Source: Minisyncoccota bacterium
GTDB taxonomy: Bacteria > Patescibacteriota > Minisyncoccia > Phycocordibacterales > PALSA-1337
Direction: 5' to 3'
DNA: 64,000 bases
NCBI GenBank assembly: GCA_036517115.1
Contig: DATDYB010000005.1
Coordinates: 18,970-82,969, forward strand
The notes below the pieces were generated by a model. The model did not search any database. It was not told the DNA's origin and saw only the letters and a program-made list of their open reading frames with translations. A program made the position numbers and the translations under genes. The first letter of the stretch is position 1, and every line of letters starts with the position of its first letter. Below are positions 44,868-54,138 of the stretch, piece after piece.

Positions 44868-46076
44868 TCATACAACATCTTTATGGATTGGAAAAACAGG
44901 ATAAAATACTCTTTTCTTCATATCGGCGACAATCACCTTCCAATCATACCGCTCTTCTGCCATTTTCTTGGCGCTCGCTACGATCATTTCACGAAGAAGT
45001 TTTGCCTCAAGAAAAAGTTCCACCTTTTCCGCAATGCTTCGAGGATTGTTCGGCTCGCAGAAAAGTCCGGTAATCCGATCGAACAGAAAATCCGGAATGC
45101 CACCCACCGGTGTTGCGATGACGGGAAGCCCCGCCGCCATCGCTTCGACAAAGGCGCTACCCATGCCTTCAGAGAGCGAGGGTCGAACAAAAACGTCGGC
45201 GAGGGAGAAATATTTCGGAATATCTTTTTGCTCAACGTACCCCAAAAAACGAACCCGGTCCTCCACCCGAAGCGCGTGGGCAAGCGAGCGAAGTTCTCCG
45301 CGAAGTGGGCCATCTCCCAGAATAAGTAGTTTCGTGGTAAGCGGCATCATGGCAACCGCGTGAATGACATCATCTACCGCGTTTTTAGTGACAAGCCGTG
45401 AAGCAGTGACTATTACCTTGTCTTTCTTGCCAATATTCAGGCCTTCTTCAAGGGCCTTTTTTTCATCGCGCGGCACTTTTGCTCCGAAAATCGCGACATC
45501 CACACCATTAGGAATGATCTCACTTCTTCCCTTATACCCCATGTCCCGAGCAAACTGTTCAAGGAATTTTGAGATGGTCTGCACCATATCGGCCTGTTTA
45601 AAAACTTGTGTTAAGAACGGATACACCAGTCGGATACGTTTTCGCTTTTTAATATGTGCTAACGTGTCGCCGTCTTGTAAGGTCAAAATATAGGGAATTT
45701 TTCGATAGAGCAATTTGAAGAAAACTGCGGAGAATCCCATATAGGTCATGATTGACCAGAGGGCATCGAATTTATTTCTGCGGTCCAACAACACCGCTTT
45801 CAGAAACGCCATCAGCGGATAGAGCACTTTATTCAAATACATCGGGAATCGAAGTAAGTCTTCAGGCGTAGGGTTTCTTTTTGAAAATCCGATTCGGTGT
45901 ACGAGAATGTTACCGATGCGTTCCCGCTTTGGGAGAGTGCTGTCGAAACGCAAAGTAATCATCTCAAATTCAATGTCGGAAGACGGTATCCGGTCAGTAA
46001 TCTCTTTAACTGCAAGCTCCGCCCCACCCAGAAAGGGATGGTATGCAAGGGAAAATATAAGTATTCGTTTCGCCAT
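44868..46076 (-). CDS. glycosyltransferase family 4
   Basis: 402 aa. MAKRILIFSLAYHPFLGGAELAV... and ...SEGMGSAFVEAMAAGLPVIATPVGGIPDFL... Confidence 0.8.
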   Translation of the reverse strand: MAKRILIFSLAYHPFLGGAELAVKEITDRIPSSDIEFEMITLRFDSTLPKRERIGNILVHRIGFSKRNPTPEDLLRFPMYLNKVLYPLMAFLKAVLLDRRNKFDALWSIMTYMGFSAVFFKLLYRKIPYILTLQDGDTLAHIKKRKRIRLVYPFLTQVFKQADMVQTISKFLEQFARDMGYKGRSEIIPNGVDVAIFGAKVPRDEKKALEEGLNIGKKDKVIVTASRLVTKNAVDDVIHAVAMMPLTTKLLILGDGPLRGELRSLAHALRVEDRVRFLGYVEQKDIPKYFSLADVFVRPSLSEGMGSAFVEAMAAGLPVIATPVGGIPDFLFDRITGLFCEPNNPRSIAEKVELFLEAKLLREMIVASAKKMAEERYDWKVIVADMKKRVFYPVFPIHKDVV

Positions 46077-46126
46077 TTCTTACAATGATAAGCTAATTTT
46101 CTTACTAAAACAAACTTTTACACATT

Positions 46127-46154
46127 AAAAAATCCCACTTAGTACAAGCGGGAT
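46127..46154 (-). terminator. possible intrinsic terminator (imperfect hairpin + T6 on minus strand) downstream of 46179-47264
   Basis: AAAAAA-TCCCAC...GCGGGAT read on the plus strand. Stem imperfect. Confidence 0.35.
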
Positions 46155-46178
46155 ATTGAGTCTGCAGAGGATACAAAG

Positions 46179-47264
46179 TTACCGTTTCCCCCTTCGAGCG
46201 ATAGCTCGATTGGAATACTCAGGATCACCGGTGACGTTTCTAATAATCCTGAAAAAAGGAGGAATGTATCGCTTCGCTCCCCGATCCGTCCATTCCATTT
46301 CGAGAAGTGCGAGATCACTCCTGGGTTCATCCACCAGATCCGCTTCACAGAATTGCTCCTGCCAAAAGAAACAGGCTCGTCGCTTCTTGATGGTGTGCGA
46401 ATCTTTGTCTCGGAGCAACAAGAGAGCGTTATATTCTCTTCCATCGATGATCCGATCACGTTCAACACGTATCCCTTTCTCCACCTCTTCCTTAATGGTG
46501 TAGTAGAAGGACGGATCGCCGTGGTCAACACGCATACGCACACGATGCTCTTCCTTCGAGGACGGTGAGACGAGGTAATCCTGTGTGATATGACTCACGT
46601 GATACTGCACAGGAATGTCACGGAGTTCAAATCGCCCGATCAGAAATTTATCCTCCTTTTCAAGCGGTACAGGATCTCCAATGACGTTGCAGACTTCCGC
46701 ACATAGCCGATGAATCTTTTCACTAAAGTCCGTGCTGTTATCGATGACCCGCGGATGCGGATGACGTTTCCATGCCTGCAAAGTTCGCTCGTCAATCACC
46801 CGAGCTTCCTCCGGCGTTTCTTTCCTTGCCTCGTTGTTCGCAAGCGTATAGAACGCTTCCTTACCGAAGGCAGCAGTCCTAAGATGTATTGCAGCGTGAT
46901 AACGCTCTTGGCACAATTCACCAAGTGAGAAACCGAGTCGCTGAACCATTTCCAAAAATGCAGCTTCCTCGACGTATGCCATGCCGTCCATAGCTCCACG
47001 ATCACAAAGGACAACAACTTTACGGCCCTTATTCCGGTACCGAATAGCGGCAGAAAGGAACCGTTCATACTGCATTAGTGTGTCGAAAAGAATTTCCTCC
47101 TGGAACTCTGTTTTCTCGAGTTCAGGCGACCACGGCGTGACCCCACCCATAATGAGTTTGGTTGCCGACTCAGGCACCACCAACACTTTACGCCCACGGC
47201 CAGAAAGCATTTCTTTGAGCTGTGAAAGTCCTGTGCTTTTACCACTGCATGGACCGCCCGTCAC
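46179..47264 (-). CDS. P-loop NTPase (NadR-kinase/AAA_28-like) fused to CYTH-like triphosphate-tunnel domain
   Basis: N-terminal TGGPCSGKSTGL Walker A with ...VLCDRG.. Walker-B-like. C-terminal half has EK.../R.R.../E.E... strand motifs resembling CYTH. The in-frame upstream sequence encodes ...ENIWVIVV before the GTG start, so the true start is probably a few codons upstream (no ATG; CTG or ATA candidates after an AAAGGAG). Confidence 0.45.
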   Translation of the reverse strand: MTGGPCSGKSTGLSQLKEMLSGRGRKVLVVPESATKLIMGGVTPWSPELEKTEFQEEILFDTLMQYERFLSAAIRYRNKGRKVVVLCDRGAMDGMAYVEEAAFLEMVQRLGFSLGELCQERYHAAIHLRTAAFGKEAFYTLANNEARKETPEEARVIDERTLQAWKRHPHPRVIDNSTDFSEKIHRLCAEVCNVIGDPVPLEKEDKFLIGRFELRDIPVQYHVSHITQDYLVSPSSKEEHRVRMRVDHGDPSFYYTIKEEVEKGIRVERDRIIDGREYNALLLLRDKDSHTIKKRRACFFWQEQFCEADLVDEPRSDLALLEMEWTDRGAKRYIPPFFRIIRNVTGDPEYSNRAIARRGKR

Positions 47265-47483
47265 TACGATGACCCAGATATTCTCCCCAACGGTGAGAAG
47301 TGTGTGAGGATTCCAAAGATGAGATATAGTTTTCAGAGACTACTCCTTTCTATTGAGGTTAACAGACAAATTCCTGCCTCCTTGGTTGTCAGGGAGCAGG
47401 AATTCTGCAAGGCTATAGGGTACCTATTCTACAGCACTTGATTATGATCGCATCTTAGCATGTTTTATTAATGCTGTCAATTA

Positions 47484-49529
47484 TTATTTCTCAATCTTGA
47501 GAACATCTCGGAGCACCGCTTCAGGCACTTCCTTTACCGGGACGGAAGGTTGTATGACTGGTGTGGATTCTGACTTTTTGTTTTCCGGCCGACTCTGAGA
47601 TTTTTCTTGTGGCTTTGGAGATATCGGAGTAGGTCCTGTTGTTATCACCTTCGATAATGCGGCACGGAGATCATTCAAATTTTCTTTGCTAGGGGCTTTA
47701 CCGTCATTTTTTGCAGGTGTTTTAAGTGACTGTAATGACACGGGCTTCGGAGTTGTCACTGGCTGTGTAGGTGATGATGGAGTGGGAGTCGCAACAGATT
47801 TTGGAATTACGGGAGCTACAGTCGGAGTCGGTGTTGCTTTCGCTAAAAGCTTCTGGAGTTCACTTTTAAGCGTGCCTCCTCCTAGATCATCTTTAGGGGG
47901 CTCTCTTCGTTCCAACTGAGCCTGTGGAGTAGGTTCTGCTGCTCTAGGTTGCGAAGGAGCCTGACCTGATGGTTCAGATGGTGTAGCCGGACGCTGTAAA
48001 GGAGCCGCGGGACGTGGAGCTTCTTTAGTTGGTGACGATGAGGATGGTCGTGGAGGTTGTGCTGGAGCACTCGGTCGAGGCTCGCTTTTTTCAAGACGAG
48101 TAGGAGCTGGTGCTGGACGTCCCAGTGCCGGAATTGCCTTGCCATTGAGGCTTGGTCCCACATCGGGACGTTGTCCCGAAGGGACCAGCTTTGAGGAAGA
48201 GACAACGTCGGGAGCGGGACGTTTAGGCGCAGGGATCGAAATGGTCTCATGCCATTTTTTGATTTCTCCTTCGACATCGATTCTCGTCTGCGCAAATTGG
48301 CCGCGCGAAGCATCAAGAATCTCTTTTACATAGGTTACTTCTGGCTCCTTGATGGGCGGCAAGGTGGTGGCGGAAAAAGGATGGGAGCTCACGCCGTCGA
48401 TCATGAGCTTAAGATAAATTTGCGTAAAGCCCAGATTCACCAGATCTTCGGCGGTGAACTGCGGCGCAAATTCTTTTTCCAATACTTCCGCGTCATAGGC
48501 GCCGACACGGAACGTCACCATTGTACCGACGTTGCCGAATACTGCCGCCCGCACTTCCTCTTCCATTTGTTCGATGTACTGATGTGCGATGGTAAGGTTC
48601 AAATTGTACTTTCGAGCCTCTGAGAGAATGTCCGCGAAAGACTCATTAGCAAAAGATTGGAACTCGTCCACATAGAGATAGAAATTCGGTAGTGTTTTTA
48701 GTACCTTTGGCGCCACATCCGCACGACTCATGGCAGCCAAATATATTTTGGTAATGAGCATGCCGCCTAGGAGGTTGGCATTCGACTCCCCCACTCTTCC
48801 CTTGGAAAGGTTGATGATGATAATCTTTTTTTCATCCATCATTTTACGAATGTCAAAGGACGATCGCGGCTGTCCGATCATGTTGCGAATGAGAGCGTTC
48901 GAAGTGAATTGTCCGATCTTGTTTTGGATGGCGGGTGTGGCTTCGGCGGCAAACTTTTCAGTGTATTTTCCGAACTCGTCAATCCAGAATGATTTCACCG
49001 CCGGGTCTGTGACGTTATCAACTACCTTCTTTCGGTATTCCTTGTCGGCGAGCATTTTGTTTACACCTAAGAGCGTCGCGTCAGGATATTCAAGAAGCGC
49101 CAAGAGTGTGTTCGCAAGAATATATTCCATACGGGCCGACCACGCGTCCACCCAAATCTTTTTGAAGGTTGACATGAGCCCTGATACCACAAGATGTCGT
49201 TTATCAGCATCGACTTTTTCGAGCACGTTGAAAGAGACGGGATAATCAAGATCGAAAGGAGCGAAATAGAGTACATCCTTAATGCGCTCTTTCGGGACAT
49301 ACTCGAGCAAAAGATCAGCAGTTTTGCCGTGCGGGTCGATAAAGGCCAATCCTTCGCCGTTTTGAATATCTTGCACTGCCATGTTCTCAAGCAGCGTCGA
49401 TTTACCCATACCGGTTTTGCCGATAACGTAGACATGCTTCGTGCGGTCTTTAGCTTTGATACCAAAAGGAGTTTTTTTGTTTCTTGAATCCGCTTGGCCA
49501 AAATATGTAATTCTATTTTCGTCGATCAT
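47484..49529 (-). CDS. TraD/TraG/VirD4-like (type IV coupling protein family) P-loop ATPase with ~250 aa Pro/Ser/Thr/Ala-rich low-complexity C-terminal tail
   Basis: 681 aa. KHVYVIGKTGMGKSTLLENMAVQDI..GEGLAFIDPHGKTADLL Walker A region. ...FYLYVDEFQSFANE... (TraG-D_C-like DEF motif). ...TIAHQY... Residues ~430-681 are PAPTPS repeats. Confidence 0.55.
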   Translation of the reverse strand: MIDENRITYFGQADSRNKKTPFGIKAKDRTKHVYVIGKTGMGKSTLLENMAVQDIQNGEGLAFIDPHGKTADLLLEYVPKERIKDVLYFAPFDLDYPVSFNVLEKVDADKRHLVVSGLMSTFKKIWVDAWSARMEYILANTLLALLEYPDATLLGVNKMLADKEYRKKVVDNVTDPAVKSFWIDEFGKYTEKFAAEATPAIQNKIGQFTSNALIRNMIGQPRSSFDIRKMMDEKKIIIINLSKGRVGESNANLLGGMLITKIYLAAMSRADVAPKVLKTLPNFYLYVDEFQSFANESFADILSEARKYNLNLTIAHQYIEQMEEEVRAAVFGNVGTMVTFRVGAYDAEVLEKEFAPQFTAEDLVNLGFTQIYLKLMIDGVSSHPFSATTLPPIKEPEVTYVKEILDASRGQFAQTRIDVEGEIKKWHETISIPAPKRPAPDVVSSSKLVPSGQRPDVGPSLNGKAIPALGRPAPAPTRLEKSEPRPSAPAQPPRPSSSSPTKEAPRPAAPLQRPATPSEPSGQAPSQPRAAEPTPQAQLERREPPKDDLGGGTLKSELQKLLAKATPTPTVAPVIPKSVATPTPSSPTQPVTTPKPVSLQSLKTPAKNDGKAPSKENLNDLRAALSKVITTGPTPISPKPQEKSQSRPENKKSESTPVIQPSVPVKEVPEAVLRDVLKIEK

Positions 49530-49571
49530 AGAGCAAAGTATGTATAGTATTATATCACGCAGATTGTAGAT

Positions 49572-49620
49572 AAAAAGTTAGCCCAGCACATTTGGAATGT
49601 GCTGGGCTGGTTTAGTTTAT
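49572..49620. terminator. bidirectional intrinsic terminator: 13-bp perfect stem AGCCCAGCACATT-TGGA-AATGTGCTGGGCT flanked by A5 upstream and T-rich downstream
   Basis: Read directly. Confidence 0.5.
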
Positions 49621-49621
49621 A

Positions 49622-49885
49622 TTAAACCATTGCATAGGTTCGAGCCACTCGAAGTGCTCGTAACACCGGAATATCATGTTTTCTCCCTTGAATTACCTCC
49701 ACACGATACTGCGGATCAGTGAGATCCAGGATAGTCGTTGCTTCAAGCTTTGACATCGGAAGATGTTCGAGCATGAGTTGTTGTCCTTGTATCCTCCGCA
49801 CGGAAGCCATCGAAGGCTTCACGCACAGAGGTCTCACTGTCACTCTTCGGACAGACGCTGCTGCCCGTATATGGTGTGCACTCAT
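49622..49885 (-). CDS. hypothetical small protein (uncertain; could instead be non-coding)
   Basis: 87-aa ORF directly upstream (minus sense) of the terminator hairpin. No recognisable motif. Confidence 0.2.
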   Translation of the reverse strand: MSAHHIRAAASVRRVTVRPLCVKPSMASVRRIQGQQLMLEHLPMSKLEATTILDLTDPQYRVEVIQGRKHDIPVLRALRVARTYAMV

Positions 49886-49991
49886 AGGTTGTTACCGCAC
49901 CGACGTTGTTGGTTTTGTTCTAGGAACACGACATGCCTGCTCTAGTGCAAACAAGTTCCGCCTTCCATACTATCAGATTTAATCACATTTG

Positions 49992-51191
49992 TCAATCCCG
50001 TTCATCAGTTGTTGAGGCAGAGAGGAGCGCATCCCGCGTATAGCGATTGGAGGGATTCCATAGCATCCAGGAGTCGAGCCCTGCATCATAGGTCGCCTGA
50101 ATCTGAGCCCTCACTTCTTTCGGTCCATACACTCCACCGTAATTAAAATCCTGCAACCACGGCCTTAATTTCAAAGGAGTAGTGCTCGCGTTCGTTGCCC
50201 GCAAGGCCGCGCTGTCCATTGAGAACTTTATGATCTCGTATGGTACCTTATTCGGATCGGGCCAACCGTTGAAATTCGGCGGGTAATGAGACGGGTAGAC
50301 CATGGGTGCGACATAATCAAAATGTGTCAAAGCATGTTCAAGGATTTGTCCGATATTTAAATCATCCTTGTTGGTCGCTGTCATTCCAAAGAGGTCGGCT
50401 GAAACAGTAATGCCCTCGGAGCGAAGTACGTCGGTAATATAGCTAAAAAATTCATTGATGACCTCGGCTTTTTTTCTGCTACCGGCCCAAGGAAACGAAA
50501 TATCATTCATAGGACCGTCGGATGGAAAGCGTATATAGTCAAGATTGATTTCATCAAACCCTCGCGCATACGCCTCTTTTGAAATCGCCGTGATATATTC
50601 CCATACCGGCTTTGCTCCCGCATCGAGCCATCGCACACCTTTGTGATCTTTCCATTCTGTAGTGCCATTTTTATTTTTCACGGCCAGTTCAGGTCGCTTC
50701 CCTACCAAGTATTGATCTTGGAACACCGAGACTCTGCCGATGACATAAATATTTTTTTCATGAAGGGTTTTAATGAGCTCGTCCAGATCGCTGATGCGAC
50801 GTTCGGACGCTCCCGTCTCTTTGAGTACCGGATCATTCACTGGAAACGCGATGCGTCCTGTGTAATCTTTAATATCAATGACTACCGCATTAACCTCAGT
50901 TTCATCAATGAGTGAAATGACTCCTTGACGCACTGCCGGTGAACCAGCAACATAGCTAGTCATGTAGACAGCCTTGAGCGGCACGGGCGTCGCTAGATGA
51001 AGAGGGATACTAGGGATTACTGCCACCTCGGCCTTAATAGGAGCGACGGAGATATAGGTAAAAGGAAAAAGTTCGGGTATGCCTACATAGAGTGCCGAGA
51101 GAGATAAAAGAGAAAACACCAGAAGTAGGTAACCCCAGACTATTCCGGATTTTCTCTTGGTTTCCGGAAAATGGGAAGCACCTTTTCTCAT
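49992..51191 (-). CDS. membrane-anchored putative glycoside hydrolase-like protein (GHL10/DUF4015-type TIM barrel)
   Basis: 399 aa. N-terminal signal anchor (GIVWGYLLLVFSLLSLSALYVG), then ...AVVIDIKDYTGRIAFP...DEINLDYIRFP... typical of the hypothetical-glycosyl-hydrolase family. Confidence 0.45.
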   Translation of the reverse strand: MRKGASHFPETKRKSGIVWGYLLLVFSLLSLSALYVGIPELFPFTYISVAPIKAEVAVIPSIPLHLATPVPLKAVYMTSYVAGSPAVRQGVISLIDETEVNAVVIDIKDYTGRIAFPVNDPVLKETGASERRISDLDELIKTLHEKNIYVIGRVSVFQDQYLVGKRPELAVKNKNGTTEWKDHKGVRWLDAGAKPVWEYITAISKEAYARGFDEINLDYIRFPSDGPMNDISFPWAGSRKKAEVINEFFSYITDVLRSEGITVSADLFGMTATNKDDLNIGQILEHALTHFDYVAPMVYPSHYPPNFNGWPDPNKVPYEIIKFSMDSAALRATNASTTPLKLRPWLQDFNYGGVYGPKEVRAQIQATYDAGLDSWMLWNPSNRYTRDALLSASTTDERD

Positions 51192-51455
51192 TTAATTAGC
51201 GAGCGTGCTGTTTCGGTTATCGATAAATACCTGATCGGTTGATTCCTTTTCTATGCCACATCCGCATGTTCGTGCGGGATTGTATCTGCGATACCCATAT
51301 GAACCAAGAAGAAAAAACCCTGTCACTACAAGAAGTATTGTTTTCCAAGAATCCGGAAAACCCAAAAAAGGTAGTACTAAGATCCAGATGCCGAGAGTAA
51401 GTACTGTTTGTGACTTTAACATATAGTCATTATATTCTATTTTCCCAAAGCGCAA
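51192..51455 (-). CDS. small membrane protein, hypothetical
   Basis: 87 aa with two hydrophobic segments. Start codon abuts the stop of the upstream gene. Confidence 0.35.
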   Translation of the reverse strand: MRFGKIEYNDYMLKSQTVLTLGIWILVLPFLGFPDSWKTILLVVTGFFLLGSYGYRRYNPARTCGCGIEKESTDQVFIDNRNSTLAN

Positions 51456-51547
51456 ACTGTGGAGAACTCCGAAAGTACCCCTTCGAACACAGGTGTGATA
51501 GGATGATGCCAGAAAAATTGAACCAAACCTTGAAAGGAGGTGAGTCT

Positions 51548-52051
51548 ATGAAGTGGTGGCAATATAGAGCACGGTCACATCCAGGACGATTAGCGGCCCG
51601 ACTTGTGAAATACAGAGAAGGCCAGATCATGTTGGAGTCAAAAAAAGAAAAGGGGCAGGAGACGGAAGTATGGCGAGGCGCCATAGAGGAAATAATCCCT
51701 GTCCGAACCACCGTGCATTTTCATTTGCACTGGCTGGCGAAAAGAAGAAGTGTTTTTGACAAACATTGGTCAAAAAAATGGGAATGGGAATTCGAAAAAC
51801 GCGCTACCAGTCTTCCTTACGTTCTCGATATCCAAACAGGGATCGAACCCGCAGGGTCTGACCCTATTGAACTTGAGAAGGAAATTTTCAAGTTTTATCA
51901 GAACAAACAAAGTAAGTGCGGTGGGATTACTTTTCCCAAACGTTGCTTCTTTGTAACAACACAGGGAGAAAACGGAACGTTGTTCCAACCCTCTGATCCA
52001 TATAACCTGGAGATACGGGGAGACGAGCTCATCGATCCTTTAAGCACATAA
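51548..52051 (+). CDS. hypothetical protein
   Basis: ORF track begins at 51410, but a strong RBS (GAAAGGAGGTGAGTCT) precedes the ATG of MKWWQYRA at 51548. Confidence 0.4.
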   Translation: MKWWQYRARSHPGRLAARLVKYREGQIMLESKKEKGQETEVWRGAIEEIIPVRTTVHFHLHWLAKRRSVFDKHWSKKWEWEFEKRATSLPYVLDIQTGIEPAGSDPIELEKEIFKFYQNKQSKCGGITFPKRCFFVTTQGENGTLFQPSDPYNLEIRGDELIDPLST

Positions 52052-52098
52052 CCCCTACCGAAAGGCCGGGGGTTATCATTTTATACCCAACCCCGAGC

Positions 52099-52800
52099 CT
52101 AATGGAATGACTCCACCATCACCACGAATTCCCCGCGCACCTTTTCAGGATGGCCTTTAAAGTAATTCAGTACCTCTTCCGGCGTACCAGAGACGATCTC
52201 TTCAAACACCTTAGTGAGTTCCCGCGCCACCACAACTTTTCTATTACTTGGAAGCTCGGCTTCCAAGTGGATGTTGAGTGCTTCGAGCGTTTTCAATATC
52301 CGATGCGGGGATTCGTAAAATACGACGGTTCTTTCGGAGTCGGCTATTTCTTTAAAAAGAGTCTGTCGTCCTTTCTTATGCGGCAGGAATCCTAAGAACA
52401 AAAAGTCAGAGGAGGGCAAGCCGCTTGCTGAGAGAGCGGCCGTGAGTGCGGATGCACCGGGAATAGGCATGACAGTCACTTCTCCTTTCTTAAAATGATC
52501 CCGCACTTCTTTCACGATCAAACATCCCGGATCAGAGATCCCTGGGGTACCCGCATCGGTTACGAGTGCAAGATTTTTTCCTTCTTCGAGTAAACCGATG
52601 AGTTGCTCCGACTTCGCCTCGGTACTGTGGGCATTATAGGAAATGAGAGGTTTTTTGATCTCGTATTTGTTGAGTAAGCGGGCGGTCATCCGCGTATCCT
52701 CGCAAATAACGCCGTCAACATTTTTGAGAATGTTAAGCGCCCGAAGAGTAATATCTTCAAGATTACCGATGGGTGTTGCCACAATGTAGAGGATAGCCAT
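52099..52800 (-). CDS. rsmI: 16S rRNA (cytidine1402-2'-O)-methyltransferase
   Basis: 233 aa. MAILYIVATPIGNLEDITLRALNILKNVDGVICEDTR...VTDAGTPGISDPG is an RsmI signature. Confidence 0.85.
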   Translation of the reverse strand: MAILYIVATPIGNLEDITLRALNILKNVDGVICEDTRMTARLLNKYEIKKPLISYNAHSTEAKSEQLIGLLEEGKNLALVTDAGTPGISDPGCLIVKEVRDHFKKGEVTVMPIPGASALTAALSASGLPSSDFLFLGFLPHKKGRQTLFKEIADSERTVVFYESPHRILKTLEALNIHLEAELPSNRKVVVARELTKVFEEIVSGTPEEVLNYFKGHPEKVRGEFVVMVESFH

Positions 52801-52908
52801 GCCTCTACCCTAGCAGATTTTTGAATGTTTACAATACGTGTGCATCGTCGACCGTAGGTAGTAGATTTCATAGTGATTTGTAGTTCGTATTGCTGTATAA
52901 TCGGCCTA

Positions 52909-54138
52909 ATGGACGAGCTTAGAACAACACTCAAAAAAAGACCGATCGTATACGTTACTCGCGACATCGAGCGGGCACTCGGTTTCTTGCCTTCGGATGG
53001 CTATTTTGTAATTAGCAACCGTACCAGCTACGCAGAAAAGATACTCACCAAACATCCCAACAATGTTGTACTCATTGATCGCGTGGATAGTGGCATGCTT
53101 GATACTCATGAACTACTATCCACCTCTGAAGTAGCCACCACAATTTCAAAGCACGCCGCACACGTCATGGTGTTTAAAAATACTTCGGCTATTGAAACGA
53201 TTTGTAAAGAAAGGGGCTGGAGTTTACTTAACCCAAAAGCCGCTCTTGCTGAAATGATTGAAAATAAAATAACTCAAGTTGCATGGCTCGGCAAACTCAA
53301 AAAATTCCTACCACCGCACCGCATCACTACAGGGAAAGATTGTGTATGGAGCAATACACCCTTTATCGTTCAATACGCGCATGCTCACACCGGTGAAGGT
53401 ACGATCCTCGTCAATAACAATGAAACAGCGGAAAACATCCGAGAAACATTCCCTCATCGCGAGGTACGAATCACCGACTTCGTCGATGGTCCTGTATTTA
53501 CGAGCAATAACATCGTCACAGAGGAAGAAGTGCTCCTCGGAAACGTAAGTTACCAGATCACCGGTCTCTCACCATTTACCGAAAATAAATTCTCTACGAT
53601 CGGCAACGACTGGAACTTTGCAACAAGAACACTCTCGCCTACTCAAAAAAGCGAGATCGAAAAAATGGTCCGGGAGATCGGAAAAAGAATGAGAGATGAT
53701 GGATGGAAGGGTCTTTTTGGCGTCGATGTAATCCTCGACTCAAAAACAGGAAAAATATACTTGATTGAAATCAACGCACGCCAACCGGCTTCTACGACAT
53801 ATGAATCACAACTCCAAAAAAAATCTAACCCTTTTAGCATTTCCGTATTCGAGGCTCATCTCGCTTCCCTCCTCGGTCTTTCAACCTTCAACCTTCAACC
53901 TTCAACTATTCTTGATGGCGCTCAAATCATCGCCCGTCATACCAACGCTCACATCGACACAGGAGGACTCGCGACAAAACTTCGCCAAATGAATCTTACT
54001 GTTATAGAATATGAAAATAACGCCCATAATGCAGACGCGTTACGAATTCAAAGCGGCCATTCACTAATCGAGAATGTGAACATACTGAACGATACCGGTA
54101 AACAGATTGCCTCCATCTTAAATCCTCATGGAAACTAA
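52909..54138 (+). CDS. ATP-grasp domain protein (ligase of unknown specificity)
   Basis: ...WKGLFGVDVILDSKTGKIYLIEINARQP... is an ATP-grasp core motif. The track start 52873 is probably over-extended; MDELRTTLKK at about 52909. Confidence 0.65.
   Translation: MDELRTTLKKRPIVYVTRDIERALGFLPSDGYFVISNRTSYAEKILTKHPNNVVLIDRVDSGMLDTHELLSTSEVATTISKHAAHVMVFKNTSAIETICKERGWSLLNPKAALAEMIENKITQVAWLGKLKKFLPPHRITTGKDCVWSNTPFIVQYAHAHTGEGTILVNNNETAENIRETFPHREVRITDFVDGPVFTSNNIVTEEEVLLGNVSYQITGLSPFTENKFSTIGNDWNFATRTLSPTQKSEIEKMVREIGKRMRDDGWKGLFGVDVILDSKTGKIYLIEINARQPASTTYESQLQKKSNPFSISVFEAHLASLLGLSTFNLQPSTILDGAQIIARHTNAHIDTGGLATKLRQMNLTVIEYENNAHNADALRIQSGHSLIENVNILNDTGKQIASILNPHGN

Noticed and set aside
47686-48333. 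Several ORFs (77-144 aa) on both strands within 47686-48333.
   Set aside because: They fall inside the Pro/Ser/Thr-rich C-terminal tail of the coupling-protein-like gene, where low-complexity repeats keep alternative frames open.
49640-49720. Possible tRNA or tmRNA 3' end suggested by a GGTTCGAGCC T-loop-like string, and a weak SRP-RNA helix-8 resemblance at ~49840-49890 (minus).
   Set aside because: No complementary T-stem, acceptor stem or CCA context could be built by hand. The SRP-like GGAAGCAGC motif is not matched exactly. Needs Infernal or tRNAscan to decide.
51410-51547. Upstream 46 codons of ORF 51410-52051 (MTLTYSHYILFSQSANCGEL...).
   Set aside because: They overlap the minus-strand small membrane protein gene. 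A strong RBS precedes the internal ATG at 51548, so the shorter gene model was used.
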